IMG/VR virus record: IMGVR_UViG_3300022689_000130
Coordinates: 64,001-128,000 of that record
Source: a virus
Strand: one strand, 5' to 3'
Length of the DNA stretch: 64,000 nt
Under the pieces are notes generated by a model. The model had not been told where the DNA came from. It saw only the letters and a list, made by a program, of their open reading frames with translations, and made no database searches. Positions 27,720-40,600 of the stretch are shown here, piece after piece. The position numbers were made by a program, and so were the translations under genes. Within the stretch, counting starts at the first letter, position 1; each line of letters starts with the position of its first letter.

Positions 27720-27775
27720 ATGTCTTGTCTCCTTTGCTTACAATACCAATATAAGCAAAATGCCTTGGTTTGTCA
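27720..27775 (-). promoter_or_regulatory. sigma70-type early promoter + RBS cassette, copy 3
   Basis: TTGACA-aaccaaggcattttgct(17)-TATATT...gtaagcaaAGGAG. Confidence 0.85.
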
Positions 27776-27823
27776 ACAACTATTTTCAAAAATACGTAGT
27801 TTTTCTAGGACATAAATATTATT

Positions 27824-28189
27824 ATGGCAACTTTCGTAGGATTTTCCACATTTGGTAAACGCACTGGTACTCGTAATTTAGAGGATAAGGAGTTGGCCAA
27901 GCGTGATCTGCTTAATAATTTTTATACCCGTCGGGGAGAACGTCTGGGTGAACCAGAGTTTGGTAGTATACTCCCAGAGCTAGTATTTGAGCAATTTGAC
28001 CAACTTGTGATTGATGCAGCAGATGAAGATGTTCGTCGGATTATTGATCTAGACCCTCGGTGGAGGCTCATTGATTATCAAATTGATACTGGTGAAAATG
28101 AACTCACCATTGAAGTTCAACTTCAATATGTTCCAGACCTAAGTAACGATACGTTGCTTCTTGAATACACAGGCACAGAAGAGATTTAA
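27824..28189 (+). CDS. gp25: baseplate wedge subunit (gp25-like)
   Basis: TRRGERLGEPEFGS...LVFE and DPR motifs. Confidence 0.9.
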   Translation: MATFVGFSTFGKRTGTRNLEDKELAKRDLLNNFYTRRGERLGEPEFGSILPELVFEQFDQLVIDAADEDVRRIIDLDPRWRLIDYQIDTGENELTIEVQLQYVPDLSNDTLLLEYTGTEEI

Positions 28190-28190
28190 C

Positions 28191-31100
28191 ATGGCCCAAA
28201 GCGTAAGACAAAGAAATCTATTTTCAGCTGAAGATTTCCGATTGATTTATGACAGCTTCAAACAGGCAAACTTCCAAGCTTATGACTACGATTCAATACG
28301 TGGTGCATTGGTTGATTACGTCAAGCAACAATATCCAGAAAATTTCAACGACTGGATTCAATCAAGTGAGTTTGTTGCATTAATCGAGACCTTAGCATTC
28401 CTCGCACACAGTTTAGCATTTCGTATTGATCAGGCTGGACGAGAGAACTTTCTAAGTACCGCTGAGCGCCGCGCGAGTATTTTGCGCATTGCAGACTTTC
28501 TAGGCTACACACCAACACGTCATCAGCCAGCGCGCGGCGAGCTAAAAGTTGTCAGTATTCGCACGACTCAAGACGTCTTTGATATAAACGGCAACTCACT
28601 TAAGAATAAGAGCGTGGATTTTGAAGATGATTTCCAGAACTTCTTGCTAGTTATGAACTCAGTACTCAGTGAAAATAACAAGTTTGGTCGCCCAACTAGC
28701 AGTATTCGGATTGGAAATATCAAGAATGATATCTATGCGACAAATATCGCACCAGGCCGTGATGTAGTGTTTTCATTTAATGGCGAAGTTAATGGTGCTC
28801 GTAGACCATTTGAAGTGCATGGTTTAGAGATCAATCAAGCCACTAAATCATTGCAAGAAAGTGAACCTAACCCAGAAGACAGTTTTGATCTTGTCTATAA
28901 AAATGACGGGCAAGGTTTAGGAAGTAACAATACCGGGTTTTTTGTGGGCTTCAAACAAGGCTCTTTACAGTTCAACGATGTAAATGCTGATAGCGCGATT
29001 AGTAACCTAATAATCGATATTGGCACAACCAATGTCAATAACAATGATGTTTGGGTTCAAGAAATCAATAATGATGGACAAGTGCAAGAAACCTGGACCA
29101 AGGTTGACAGTAGTTTTGGTGCCAACACCGTGTTTAACAATATTCGCCAAGACAATCGTAAGCTTTACACAGTTAAAACTGTTGAAGATGATAATATCAA
29201 CGTGGTATTTGGTGATGGCGTATTTAGCGACATACCGAACGGCCTAATAAGAATCTGGTATCGCAATGGATTGAATCAGACATACACACTCGATCCAGAA
29301 GACATTGGCACTGCAACGTTTGGATTCAAATACAATGCTGCCGATAATAACACGTATACAGTAACATTTACCTTAGAATTGCAAGAGCCTGTCACAAATG
29401 CAGCGGCGCAGGAATCAGTCACTAGTATCAAAAATAATGCCGGCAGAGTTTTTGCAGCGCAGGACCGTCTGATTACTGCCGAAGATTACTCTGCATACCC
29501 TCTAAGTGTTAGTGAAAATGTTAAAAAAATCAAAGCTATCAATCGCACTTATGCAGGCCATAGTCGCTTTATCAAACCACAGGATCCAACCGGCCAATAC
29601 CAAAGTGTTGATATGTTGGCTGATGACGGTTATATCTACAGTGAGCCTGTCAATTATCGAACAACCCTGCGTCTACCAAGCACACTTAACGCAGAACAAA
29701 TTTACGAACGTTATGTTGCTGATGTTATCAAGAATCCGGAAGTTATCAATTTATTTTACGACAAATTTGTAGAAACAGACATAGACTTTGAATTAGAATC
29801 TACTAGCTTTGAATGGCAGCAAATCACCAGTGGCTATCGCGGTTCAACTGGTTATTTTACACAGGACGGCGTGATCAAAAAAATTGGCAGCAACGCAACA
29901 ACAGATATGAATATTGCCCGGCCCGGTAGCATTGTTGAGTTTATTGAAACTCCGTATAACAACGGCACAATCGGCACAATCGGGCAAACTCTGCAGATTA
30001 TAAATGCAGGTAGCGGATACACTGCAACACCATTGGTCGAAATTTTAGGGACAGGCAATGGTGCAACAGCAGAAGCAACCATTGCCGGCGGTCAACTCTC
30101 GGCAGTTACAATCACAAATGGAGGCACTGGATATCAGAATCCAGTTGCAGTGAGAATTGTTGGCGGGGGCGGGACAGGTGCTGAAGTGGCAGCAACGGCT
30201 AGCAGTGCAACTCGAACTTGGGCTCGAGTGGTAGATGTTGTTCTCGACGGACAAGGAATCATTGATAGCAACGGTAATCCAACTGGACTTACAACCAGAG
30301 GCCAAGGAGCAGTTGTTCTGAATAAAGCAATTCCGAATACTGCAAGAGTTACTCGAGTTTTCCCAGCATATGCGACCCAATTTTCATTAGACGAGCGTGA
30401 CGCTATTATCACAGAAATTGAAGGACGTAATACATTTGGTTTACGTTTTGATGCTTTTGCAAGTGAATGGAAGATTGTCCGCGCGGGCGATCTTGCACCG
30501 ACAAACGAAAATAGTCCAAACTTCTTTAGCTTTGATAATGCAGGCAATACATCAAGCAGTAACCTTGATAATAGCTGGATAGTTCGCGTTGAATACACTG
30601 CAGACGCTTGGACAATTGTCACACGTCGCACACGTTATGTATTTGGTAGCGACGAACGCATTCGTTTCTACAATCAGAATGGCAACATGAGATTCAATAT
30701 TGAAACCAACAAACCAGAGCGTGATCGTATAATTGTTAAAGGAGTCAATACACGACCGAATGGCAACGGATTTTCAATTGGTAATGATCAGACATTTTTT
30801 GTTTACAAATATTACACTGAGCCTGACGGATACACAGATGGTCGTAAAGTAATCATTACAGTAGCCGATGTTGACAACGACAATTATCCAGACGATCCGT
30901 TAGCATTTAAGGATATAACTGGTGCAGATACAATCAATTTGAATACAATTTTCGAAGACGGATTCGCATATACTGTCCGTTCAGATACAGGAACGGCTGT
31001 GCCGGGCAGAGAATTTTTGGATTTCAAATGGAAACGAGTAAGCGCAAGCAATTATCGTATCGACCCGAGCCTCAGCAATATTATTGATGTATTCGTGCTC

Positions 31101-31619
31101 AATCAAAATTATGATAACAACTTTCGCAAGTGGATCGCTGATAGCCGCCAGGCAGCAACTCGTCCAGAACCGCCAGATGCAGTTGATCTTGAACGTCAGT
31201 TTGCCAGCTTGAATACTAAAAAAGCAATAAGTGATAGCATTGTATATCGGGCTGCGGAATATAAAGTTTTGTTTGGTGAACTCGCAGATGTTGAACTGCA
31301 AGGAAAATTTAGGGTGGTTAAGGTAGCAGGCACAACACTTACTGACAACGAAATCAAATCACGTATTCTAGCAATTATCAAAGATTTCTTCAATATCGAA
31401 AATTGGGATTTTGGTGAAATATTCTATTTTACTGAGTTGAGTGCATATATTCATCAGCAGATGCCAGGGGTAATAAGTAGCGTAGTAATCACCCCAATAC
31501 AATCTAATAGCAAATTCGGTGATTTATTCCAGGTCATTCCAGAAAGTAACGAGTTGTTCATCCCGGACGTAACACTACAAGACATTGAAATTGTCAACTC
31601 ATTAAATACATTAAGGTAA
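28191..31619 (+). CDS. gp6: baseplate wedge subunit (gp6-like) with inserted beta-repeat domain
   Basis: ENFLSTAERRASI..IA..LGY.P, FGDG.F..IP and QDRLITAEDY motifs. Confidence 0.9.
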   Translation: MAQSVRQRNLFSAEDFRLIYDSFKQANFQAYDYDSIRGALVDYVKQQYPENFNDWIQSSEFVALIETLAFLAHSLAFRIDQAGRENFLSTAERRASILRIADFLGYTPTRHQPARGELKVVSIRTTQDVFDINGNSLKNKSVDFEDDFQNFLLVMNSVLSENNKFGRPTSSIRIGNIKNDIYATNIAPGRDVVFSFNGEVNGARRPFEVHGLEINQATKSLQESEPNPEDSFDLVYKNDGQGLGSNNTGFFVGFKQGSLQFNDVNADSAISNLIIDIGTTNVNNNDVWVQEINNDGQVQETWTKVDSSFGANTVFNNIRQDNRKLYTVKTVEDDNINVVFGDGVFSDIPNGLIRIWYRNGLNQTYTLDPEDIGTATFGFKYNAADNNTYTVTFTLELQEPVTNAAAQESVTSIKNNAGRVFAAQDRLITAEDYSAYPLSVSENVKKIKAINRTYAGHSRFIKPQDPTGQYQSVDMLADDGYIYSEPVNYRTTLRLPSTLNAEQIYERYVADVIKNPEVINLFYDKFVETDIDFELESTSFEWQQITSGYRGSTGYFTQDGVIKKIGSNATTDMNIARPGSIVEFIETPYNNGTIGTIGQTLQIINAGSGYTATPLVEILGTGNGATAEATIAGGQLSAVTITNGGTGYQNPVAVRIVGGGGTGAEVAATASSATRTWARVVDVVLDGQGIIDSNGNPTGLTTRGQGAVVLNKAIPNTARVTRVFPAYATQFSLDERDAIITEIEGRNTFGLRFDAFASEWKIVRAGDLAPTNENSPNFFSFDNAGNTSSSNLDNSWIVRVEYTADAWTIVTRRTRYVFGSDERIRFYNQNGNMRFNIETNKPERDRIIVKGVNTRPNGNGFSIGNDQTFFVYKYYTEPDGYTDGRKVIITVADVDNDNYPDDPLAFKDITGADTINLNTIFEDGFAYTVRSDTGTAVPGREFLDFKWKRVSASNYRIDPSLSNIIDVFVLNQNYDNNFRKWIADSRQAATRPEPPDAVDLERQFASLNTKKAISDSIVYRAAEYKVLFGELADVELQGKFRVVKVAGTTLTDNEIKSRILAIIKDFFNIENWDFGEIFYFTELSAYIHQQMPGVISSVVITPIQSNSKFGDLFQVIPESNELFIPDVTLQDIEIVNSLNTLR

Positions 31620-31627
31620 ATTAATAA

Positions 31628-34600
31628 ATGGCAAACAAATATCGAGCCAATCCAAAAGACGTAAAAAACTTTACTCAGAGCTCTGAAATAAAGCTGTCAC
31701 AAGACTTTCAAGACTACAGTGAGTTTCTGCCGAATGTCAATCGCAGTGAATCATTGCAGAGATTCTTTGGTGCAACTGTCAATCAATTACTCAGCAGTGG
31801 ATCGACACAAAGCATTGATACCTATTGGGGGCGTCTCGCCGGCCGCAATTATAATCCAAACAGTGAGCTATTCAATCCAGAAACAGATGCTATACGCCTC
31901 AATTATCAATTTCAGCCTGGCACAGTGAGTAAGTCGGAAGGCGAAACACAACAAACTGTGAGCTATATCAATTGGCTTAAAAGACTTGAAAGCTTGGGGT
32001 CTGACCTAAACAATCATGATCGTCTATTTGCAGAGCCGGGATATGTTCTAGATCTTCCTATTAATGCAGATATGTTCATTAATTACCGTAATTACTATTG
32101 GATTGAAGGTTTAATTCCGGTTATCGAAATTGAACCAACTAGTGCTGATCCGATCGTCTTAGACGACATTGTATCGCAGAGCCAATATACTACACCTGAA
32201 TTGAGTAATCACAAAGAAGTTACTTTTGTAAATGGTTTGTTGGTCAAGTTCACTGGACCGTATGTATCAAGCACCAGTGGAAATTGGTTCACAGATTGGA
32301 CTTATTATATTGAAAATGTAGGCGGGGCAGATGGAATTCAACTCGTGCCTAAATTCGATGCGGCAGGAAATGATTTATTCCCAAGTTTAACACCATACGA
32401 AGTTCCGATTCGAGAAGGATGGGATACGGTTGAATGGGATACTACAGCATGGGATGGTACCGCGCCCTTTGCGTCTTATGATGTGAACACAACCTTTGAG
32501 CGCCAAGATCTCAATCTTAATAAGAGCTATATTGTTATGGAACGCTGGGCGGCGGACAAGAACGCTTGGGCCCGCAGCAATAAGTGGTTCAGTATTCATG
32601 CCCTGCGCCAGGCAACAGAATTCAATGATCTAGACCTTAATGCATATTTGAATGTGCGCACACGAGCTGATCGACCAATTCTTGAATATCGTGCAAACAT
32701 GGAATTGTTCAAACACTGCAAAAACTATGTTGAAACTGTAGACTATGCTATTAGTCTCGACCAAGCTACTGAAATGCTAAGCGGTATTGATCAGTTTGCA
32801 ATTGACGACGAAAATGTTATACAGAACGGCGATATAGTTCTTGTTGCAAAGATAAACGATGATGGCCCTGGCCCATTTAGTGGGGCATTTAGCAGCGCAT
32901 TTAACGTCGGTGTGCAGAGCGTATATTTCGGAGATGCATTTGTAGTAGATGGTGTTGGTAGCAATATAACATTGACGCCATATGCAAGTTACAGTGTCGA
33001 CGATTACGTTATTGTTGGCAAAGGCACTGAGCGGGGTGCGGTCTATTGCCTTGAGCAAGAAGGCGAGGGCTGGAAGCTATCTCAAAACAAACTCAAGGCC
33101 GGCACCGCCCCGCTTTTCAATCTTTATGATCAGGATAACCATCCTCTGAGCGATCGCACAGAAAACGACTTTGCTGGCGATCCTGTTTTCCGTTACAAGC
33201 CAAATCCAAATGGTGCTATTGATAAGGAATTGGGTTTCGCACCGACGTTTACCGAGCAAGGATCGTTCAATAATTATGATTTTGAATGGACGTTGAGTAA
33301 TACCCGTTACAATGAAAACATCACAGTAGAGACTAGCGAAGAGATTCGTGGATACTACTTCTGGCGTGATCACGTTCGTAATGAATACTTTAATGGCTGG
33401 AGTAATATTCGTGGCGGTCAGCGTGTTCCTATTATACAAACCATTTTGGCTAATGGAGTGGATAACCCAGAATTTGAGCTAGGCACCGATAAAGTCTCAT
33501 ACACAACTGAATACACAATTGAACTTAATGATGATGCATATCGTTTCAGCGAGCATAGCTATATTGATGTACATCCAGTCGGTTATGCTAATCCAGAAAT
33601 GATTTGGAAGACCGACACAGTATACACGGTTAACACACTAATTTCAGACCCTACACGCATGCCAGTATTTCTTGATGCCCAAGGAAATCCGAATGCAGAA
33701 ATCGTTGTGACAGTTGTCAGCGATGTGTTGGCCGAGATCACGATTAATGACGCATATCCATTTGATAAGTTGCGTTACCAAGATCCAAGTGATAGCACAA
33801 ACTTTGGTGAGATCTTCCTCAGTAACACAAATCAAAATCGTTACACAGTTCAACTAAATGGACAATATCTTAAAGAAGATGTAGACTATACCTTTTCTGG
33901 CACCAAAATTACAGTTACAGCCGAGACACAAGAAAATGACGTTCTAGAATTGATGTATGTTGCAGATGCTGACATTCAAAATGTTGTTTACGATGTTGCT
34001 CCAGTGCATTTCTTCAATAGTGAAAACCGTCCATTTGTTGGCGCCGGTTATGACGATTTGATTAAGCATTTTACCCGTCAGCTAACTGCATTGCCAGGCT
34101 TCGAAGGTGATTTAGGTGGCATCAACAACTACCACAATATTCTTCGACTTCATTCATATGATGGGTTAATTCGCCAGCAAATCTTCCAAACCAAAAAGGC
34201 GCAATACCTAATCGATCAAGAATCAATTAACCCGATTCGTGCACTCAAAAGTGTATCACGTGACTATGATGACTTCAAAACAACTTTCAAGAACAAAGTT
34301 CGTCAATTATGGGAAAATGAAAGCTGGGAAAACGTGCGCGCAATTGTCGACCGTGCAGTAAGTGATATCAATATCGGTAAGAATAAAGAATTCAAATACG
34401 CTTACAGTGACATGTTATATGCGCGCCGATTCCAAAGTTTTGCATACCTGATTGATAAAGATTCACCAGCACTAATTTACGAGGTGCCAGAAACAATTAA
34501 CTGTTATGGTGATAAAAAAAATCATCTGCAAATCTGGATCAAAGAATTTGATTTTGCATTAGATCAATTTATCGAACGGCCGCTGGTAAAGGGCAAAGAC

Positions 34601-37600
34601 TATATAATTGAAGGTAATCGTATCATATTGCAATTTGTTCCTGACGTTGGTGTAAGAAATGTTGTCAATGCTAGCGATAATGTTGTCAATGCAGCATATA
34701 ATGTCATTGTTGGTAGAGAAATACCAGGCGAAGAGCCAACACTTGTTATTCGTTGGTATGATTATCGTCAGACTAGTCATGTTCCATTCAGTGCAGTTAA
34801 ACTCGGCTTCTTCCGTCCGACTTGCCCGGAAATTATTGACGGTGTTTTGATTGGACACGACAATAGCCGTTACGCATTGACCGGCACAACAATTTTCGAT
34901 CTTGACAGTCCAAACTTTGACATTGTCGCAGCTTGCCTATACGACTTTGAATTGCGTATTTTCAATAACCTGGTGGATAAACATTTTGTCACACCAAACT
35001 TTGGTTTCGATATGCGTGAGTTCTATCCTAACCCGGTTGGAGAATTTCCATACGCTATAGCCGATCTCAATAGTAGGCTGGATGATTGGTATAATCGTTA
35101 TGCAATTCGTAATGGAATCGACGAAATCGACACAGATGATCGTTACGATGCAGCTGATCAATTTACTTGGAATTACTCAACAGTGGGTCCTGGTCTAGGC
35201 AGTTGGCGCTCACTTTATGTTTACAACTTTGGGACCGACCGACCACACACTCACCCTTGGGAGATGCTAGGCCACTATGTCAAACCAGACTGGTGGGATG
35301 ACAATTACTCTTGGGATGCAGGACCGCGGCGCGATGCATTGATTAACGCGCTCAAGTATGGTGTAACTGGCAATAATCTAGGACCAGATTATGTCAACAC
35401 CAAATATGCTCGTAGTCAATACGATTGGACTAATGATGTATTGGTAACTGATGATGGCAGCGCAACTCTCAATCCACCTGTTGATGCAAATGTAGTTTCT
35501 GCGCCGACCAGCCAGGATGCATCAAGGCCATTTGTGTTTGGTGATTGGAGTGATATTGAAGACGAATGGCGTAAGAGTAGCGATTATTTGTTTGCACTTG
35601 CAGAGGTGTTTTTACAAGTTCGCCCATATCGAACACATGAACTATTTTGGATGCTTGATCGTTGGAATGTTAACCGAGCACCAACACAGGAACAATGGAG
35701 AAACGAAGACACGTGTCAGCGTATCGGCAGCACAGAAATTCACAACCAGCTATTAACCGAAGGATTAGTTGTTGGTGTTCGTGTCCGTGAACCAGGCACT
35801 GGGTATTCAAGTCTTGGGTTGAAATTCCGTCCTAACCATATTTGTTATCGAAACGCCGAGGCCACAGCCTATGTTGAAGCAGGGCAAGTAAGCAGTGTGT
35901 CAATAACTGATCCTGGTCGAGGATTTGTCAGTCAGCCAGAAGTAGAACTCACTGAACCATTTGGAAGTGAGGGTGTTGAACTTGAATATATAATTGATCG
36001 CAATTATCATCTTACCCAACTTGGCTTTAATAGTTTGCCAGGCGAAGAATTCCGTGTTAATGTGACTGACACAAACGAACTCGCCACCACACTCAAGCAA
36101 CTTGACATCAATTATATGCTGCATGTTGGTGGCTATACAGACAAGAGAATTCTTGCAATCGAAGCCGATGTTAATACCGGTGCAGATAGTATTCGTATTC
36201 CGGAAAGTAGCTACGATATTTTCATTGATCGCAATGCTCCAAATACAATTGCTTTCTATTCGGGTGTGCGTATTGAAAAGTTAGACGTTGGTTACCGCGT
36301 TACCGGATACAATTTAGACAGTCAGTTCTTCTACTACCTGAAGCCAAGCACTGCCGGCAAGCAAGTCGGTGTCGACATTGGCAATGTAACAGTCACCAAA
36401 TATCTCAATTGGCGTAATGAAGTTGCGCGGGTGCCATATCGTACAATATTCCGTAAGCGCCAGGAATTGTATGATTTTCTTTTGGGTCTTGGTCAATACT
36501 ATGAAACAATTGGTTTCAGTGTCAAAGATCAATGGGATACTGAAGCTAGAGCAGCGATTCGTTGGTCACTCGACAGCACCCAAGTTGACCCTTTTTATGC
36601 AAATGGTATTGCTGATACACTTGTTTATCGTCAAGGCGATCAAGGAGTGGTGCAAACAATCGATGTAAATTATGACGGAATTCCCAACGTATTAGACAGT
36701 GACTTTAAGACGATCCGTCGTAATGAAATGCTGGTTTTGCGCAACGAAGATACGACTGAAATGTCTCTTAAAAGTGGTGATGATCGTCTATTTGGGGTAG
36801 GCGTACGAGTTGTCGAATTTGAGCACGTGATAACCTTTGATAATACTAGTGACTTCAATGACATTCTTTATCAGCCAGAGATTGGTGTAGGGCAAAATCG
36901 TATTCGACTGATTGGCGAACGAACACGCAATTGGAATGGACGTATTGAAGCACCTGGTTATATTGTTCGAGATCGTGGATTGCTACTTAATATTGAAAGC
37001 AGTGTGCGCGAAATTGAAAATGACTGGATTACATCAGAAAGCAAAGCACTTGAAAGATTAACAAGACAGACGATAGGATTTAACGTTGGCTATGCAAAAC
37101 CTACATATATGAAGGATACCTTTGTAGGCGATCGTTCTGCTTATAATTTTGAAAAGGGTGCGCGAAAATACAAAGGTACTGAAAGTGCATTGGAAGCGTT
37201 TACGCGCAATAAGAATATTTTTGGTTCTGAGTTTGAGCATGAGTTATACGAAGACTGGATGGTGCGATTGGGAGATTATGGTGATACAAGTGAGAGAAAC
37301 CCATTACAATTCCAAGTTGTGCATGACAAAATTAAGGGTGATCCGCAACAATTCCGCTTTAGCGATACGTTTGTAAGTGATAAGAGTGATGACCTTGTTA
37401 TTGACCTATTCAAAGGCGGCAATGAAGCCATCAGCGGCAACTATTCTGCACCGTTTAGCCAATATCCTGTTTTGCGATTGGACAATCAAAGTATCAATGA
37501 CCTAGAGCTGTTACAAGAGTTTACTCGTGATGCCGGCCTGCCTCTCGTGACTGAAATTGATAATTTTTTGGGCTCAATCGATGACATCGAAGACATTTAT

Positions 37601-40600
37601 GATCCGACAGCACCATACGCATTGATTCCGAATTGGTCAGAATCAACTGCATATGTGCAAGGTGATCTCGTACGTTATTTTGGTCGTGTATATCGCTTAG
37701 CAGTTGAATCTACGGGGCTGACTAATCTCAATGATGATATTGTCCTGCGAGGAACCCAGATATTCCCGCAGGTTGCAAACGGACTAACATTCATCGCAAA
37801 TGGTGAAACAGTCACATTCGAAAAACAAGAAACACAAGTTACATTTGACCAAATTGTGACCAATGGCACTGTTACTAATCCAGTTGTTCCGAGTGGTGAC
37901 CGCTTGGTGATTGATGGTGTTAACGTTGATTTGATCAATTCAGTGACTACAACGACGTATGCTGATATCACCATTTTAGGTAATGTTAGCAACCCAACTA
38001 TCGAGAACGAACCTGGACGACAAATTATTATCGGCTATGCTGACGATATAAGTTCTCCACTTACAACTGTTACGGTTGATTTTGATGAAGTAGATCCAAC
38101 TTTGACAATGCAGACCATTTTGGCTAATGCACTCACAACCGCTGGTGCATCGAATGTTATCGCACAGACAAACACTCGTATTGCTGCACTCGAAGCACTA
38201 CGTTCAGCATATGTTAGTGCTAACGGTGTGCTGGGTTGGCAAAGCTTTATCAATGATTACTATGATAGCGCACCGTCACCAGATCGTTTTGTCAATCCAG
38301 AGTATTTGGGCGCGCAAGTCGCCGCTAACCTAGGCGCAGCATGGGAAGCCGCTGCCAGAAATCTTATTGACCTCGATCTTAACCTGTTATCAGATTTGGG
38401 AGGAACAAATACACTCGACCAAGCAGATATGGTTGCTGGACGCGGGATTGGAAACTTTACCGGCCCGCAAGAAATTCAGTTTGATGCTGATATAATTGCC
38501 GCCAATGACCTTCTTGATAATGTGGTTACGCCAAATAACCAGAATGAAAACCTAGCCGATTTTGTTGGCTTTGTAGAAAACAATGGTAATACTAGTATTG
38601 CAGCAGGTCAACGAATTACAGTAACTAACCCAACCGAATATGTAACTGATAACATAACAGATATTACAAACAAAATTAATGCTGCTCTCGCTTTGGCCGG
38701 CGCTCCCGCCGATATCTCGGCGAGCCCAAGCGGGCAGATTGTAACGTTGGTGCGCGAGAATAATCTTGCTGGATATCGTTTGGGTGTGGTAAATGATGTT
38801 GATATCGGTTGGAGTGGAGCCAATGATGTTGAAACACAAGGCTCAACTGTTACTGAAGGCCAGCCTCTTGATCTCGATCTGGTTGTGCAGCGTATCAACC
38901 AGTTCTCAATTACCGGTGTAACGGCACAGAATATCAATAATCGCCTCCGCCTCACAAGCACTAATCAAACATTGGTATTAGGCAATGGAACCGCAAATAG
39001 TGATCTGGGACTATCGTCTGGATCATTCCAGGCAGTCCCAAATACTACAGTGGTTCCTGTCGATCTACTGATTGGTGACGTTGTAACACAAATTAACAAT
39101 GCGGAAATTGAAAATCTAGTTGCTAGTCAGATTGGTGGGGCATTGTTGCTCACATTCAACGGCGATTCATTGGAAATCGGTGAAGGTACGGCTAACAGTG
39201 TATTGGGCCTACAAGCTGGAACATTTGAAAGTTTTACAGATGCTGTAAAAAACCAATTCAATGAGGATGACTGGACGGTAGTGGCTGATCCTCTCAACTT
39301 TAATATTTGGACAATCGACAACATTGGCAGCAACCCAATTGAGCCGCAAACAAGTATCAATCGTTATGACGTCTTGCAAACATTAGATTTCCAAATTGGT
39401 GTTCTTGAAATTTGTGCAGGTGAAGAAAATGGAGATGATGCGCTCGTGTTTTGTGACACCGATCACACACTTAGCGTCGGTGACTTTGTGGTAATAGTCA
39501 ATTCAACTTGTATTCCAAGTGTTGATGGTATTCACCGAGTCACAGCAATACAAAATGATCAAGCGTTCTTCATCGATCGATATATAGAACAAAAAGGATT
39601 CACCGGCAAGGTATTTCCATTGCGATCAGTTCGTTTCCCTAATTCAAACCTTGCATTTGGGGCGATGTTTGATACACAGTATGTTCAGGGTAACCTAGGA
39701 TTGCCAGTGGGCGCTTATGTTTACGTTGACGATTTATATAATAGGGCAGGAGACAGTCGTGGTTTCGGTGCAGTGTTTGAGGTAACCCGTTCAAGCGGTC
39801 AAGCAGGCTTGGTTGAAGTTCGGCAGGAAACAGGTAAAACTGATAATAGTGAAATTCGTAACGGCGTCCTCTACAGTAAAGAAAGCGGCGAGACAGTTAT
39901 CCGTCACGAAGTATATGATCCACTCAAAGGCATTATTCCTGGCATCGCCGCAGCCGAAATCGATATTCGCAGCGATAATGATTTTGCCTATTATAACAAC
40001 TCAACTGACCCAGAGCAAGAACTTCGAAACGATATCAGCTGGGGTCAATTACAGGTTGGTACAGTCTGGTGGGATTTGAGCACAGCAATTTATATCAACT
40101 ACGACCAAAGCACACCAGAGTATCGCCAAGAGTATTGGGGAGAACTATTTCCGACCGCGAGCATCGATATTTACGAATGGACAAAAAGTCCGGTAACACC
40201 AGAACAGTATGAAAGTGCAGTGCAGAGTGGCACCATTGTGGATGGTGTAGAATTGACCGGACAACCTTATGTAATCGTAAACCAATTTGGTGAAGAGCAG
40301 TTCAACTGGAGTGAAGAAATTGAAATCAACCCCAATACCAATCAGGTTGAGACTTATTTTTACTTCTGGGTTAAAAACAAAACAACCACACCTACTTTGG
40401 AGCGTGAACTTAGCACAATACAAATTGCAGAAGTTATACAAGATCCAACCAGTCAGCAAATTGATTGGCTAGCAGCAACTAGTTCGAATACACTCTTGGT
40501 CAGTAGCCTAGGCAACGCAAGCGGATATAATGATCTAGTAATGCAAGTTAATTTCGACACCGATCCAGGTAGCTATCACCAGGAATATATGCTGATTTCA

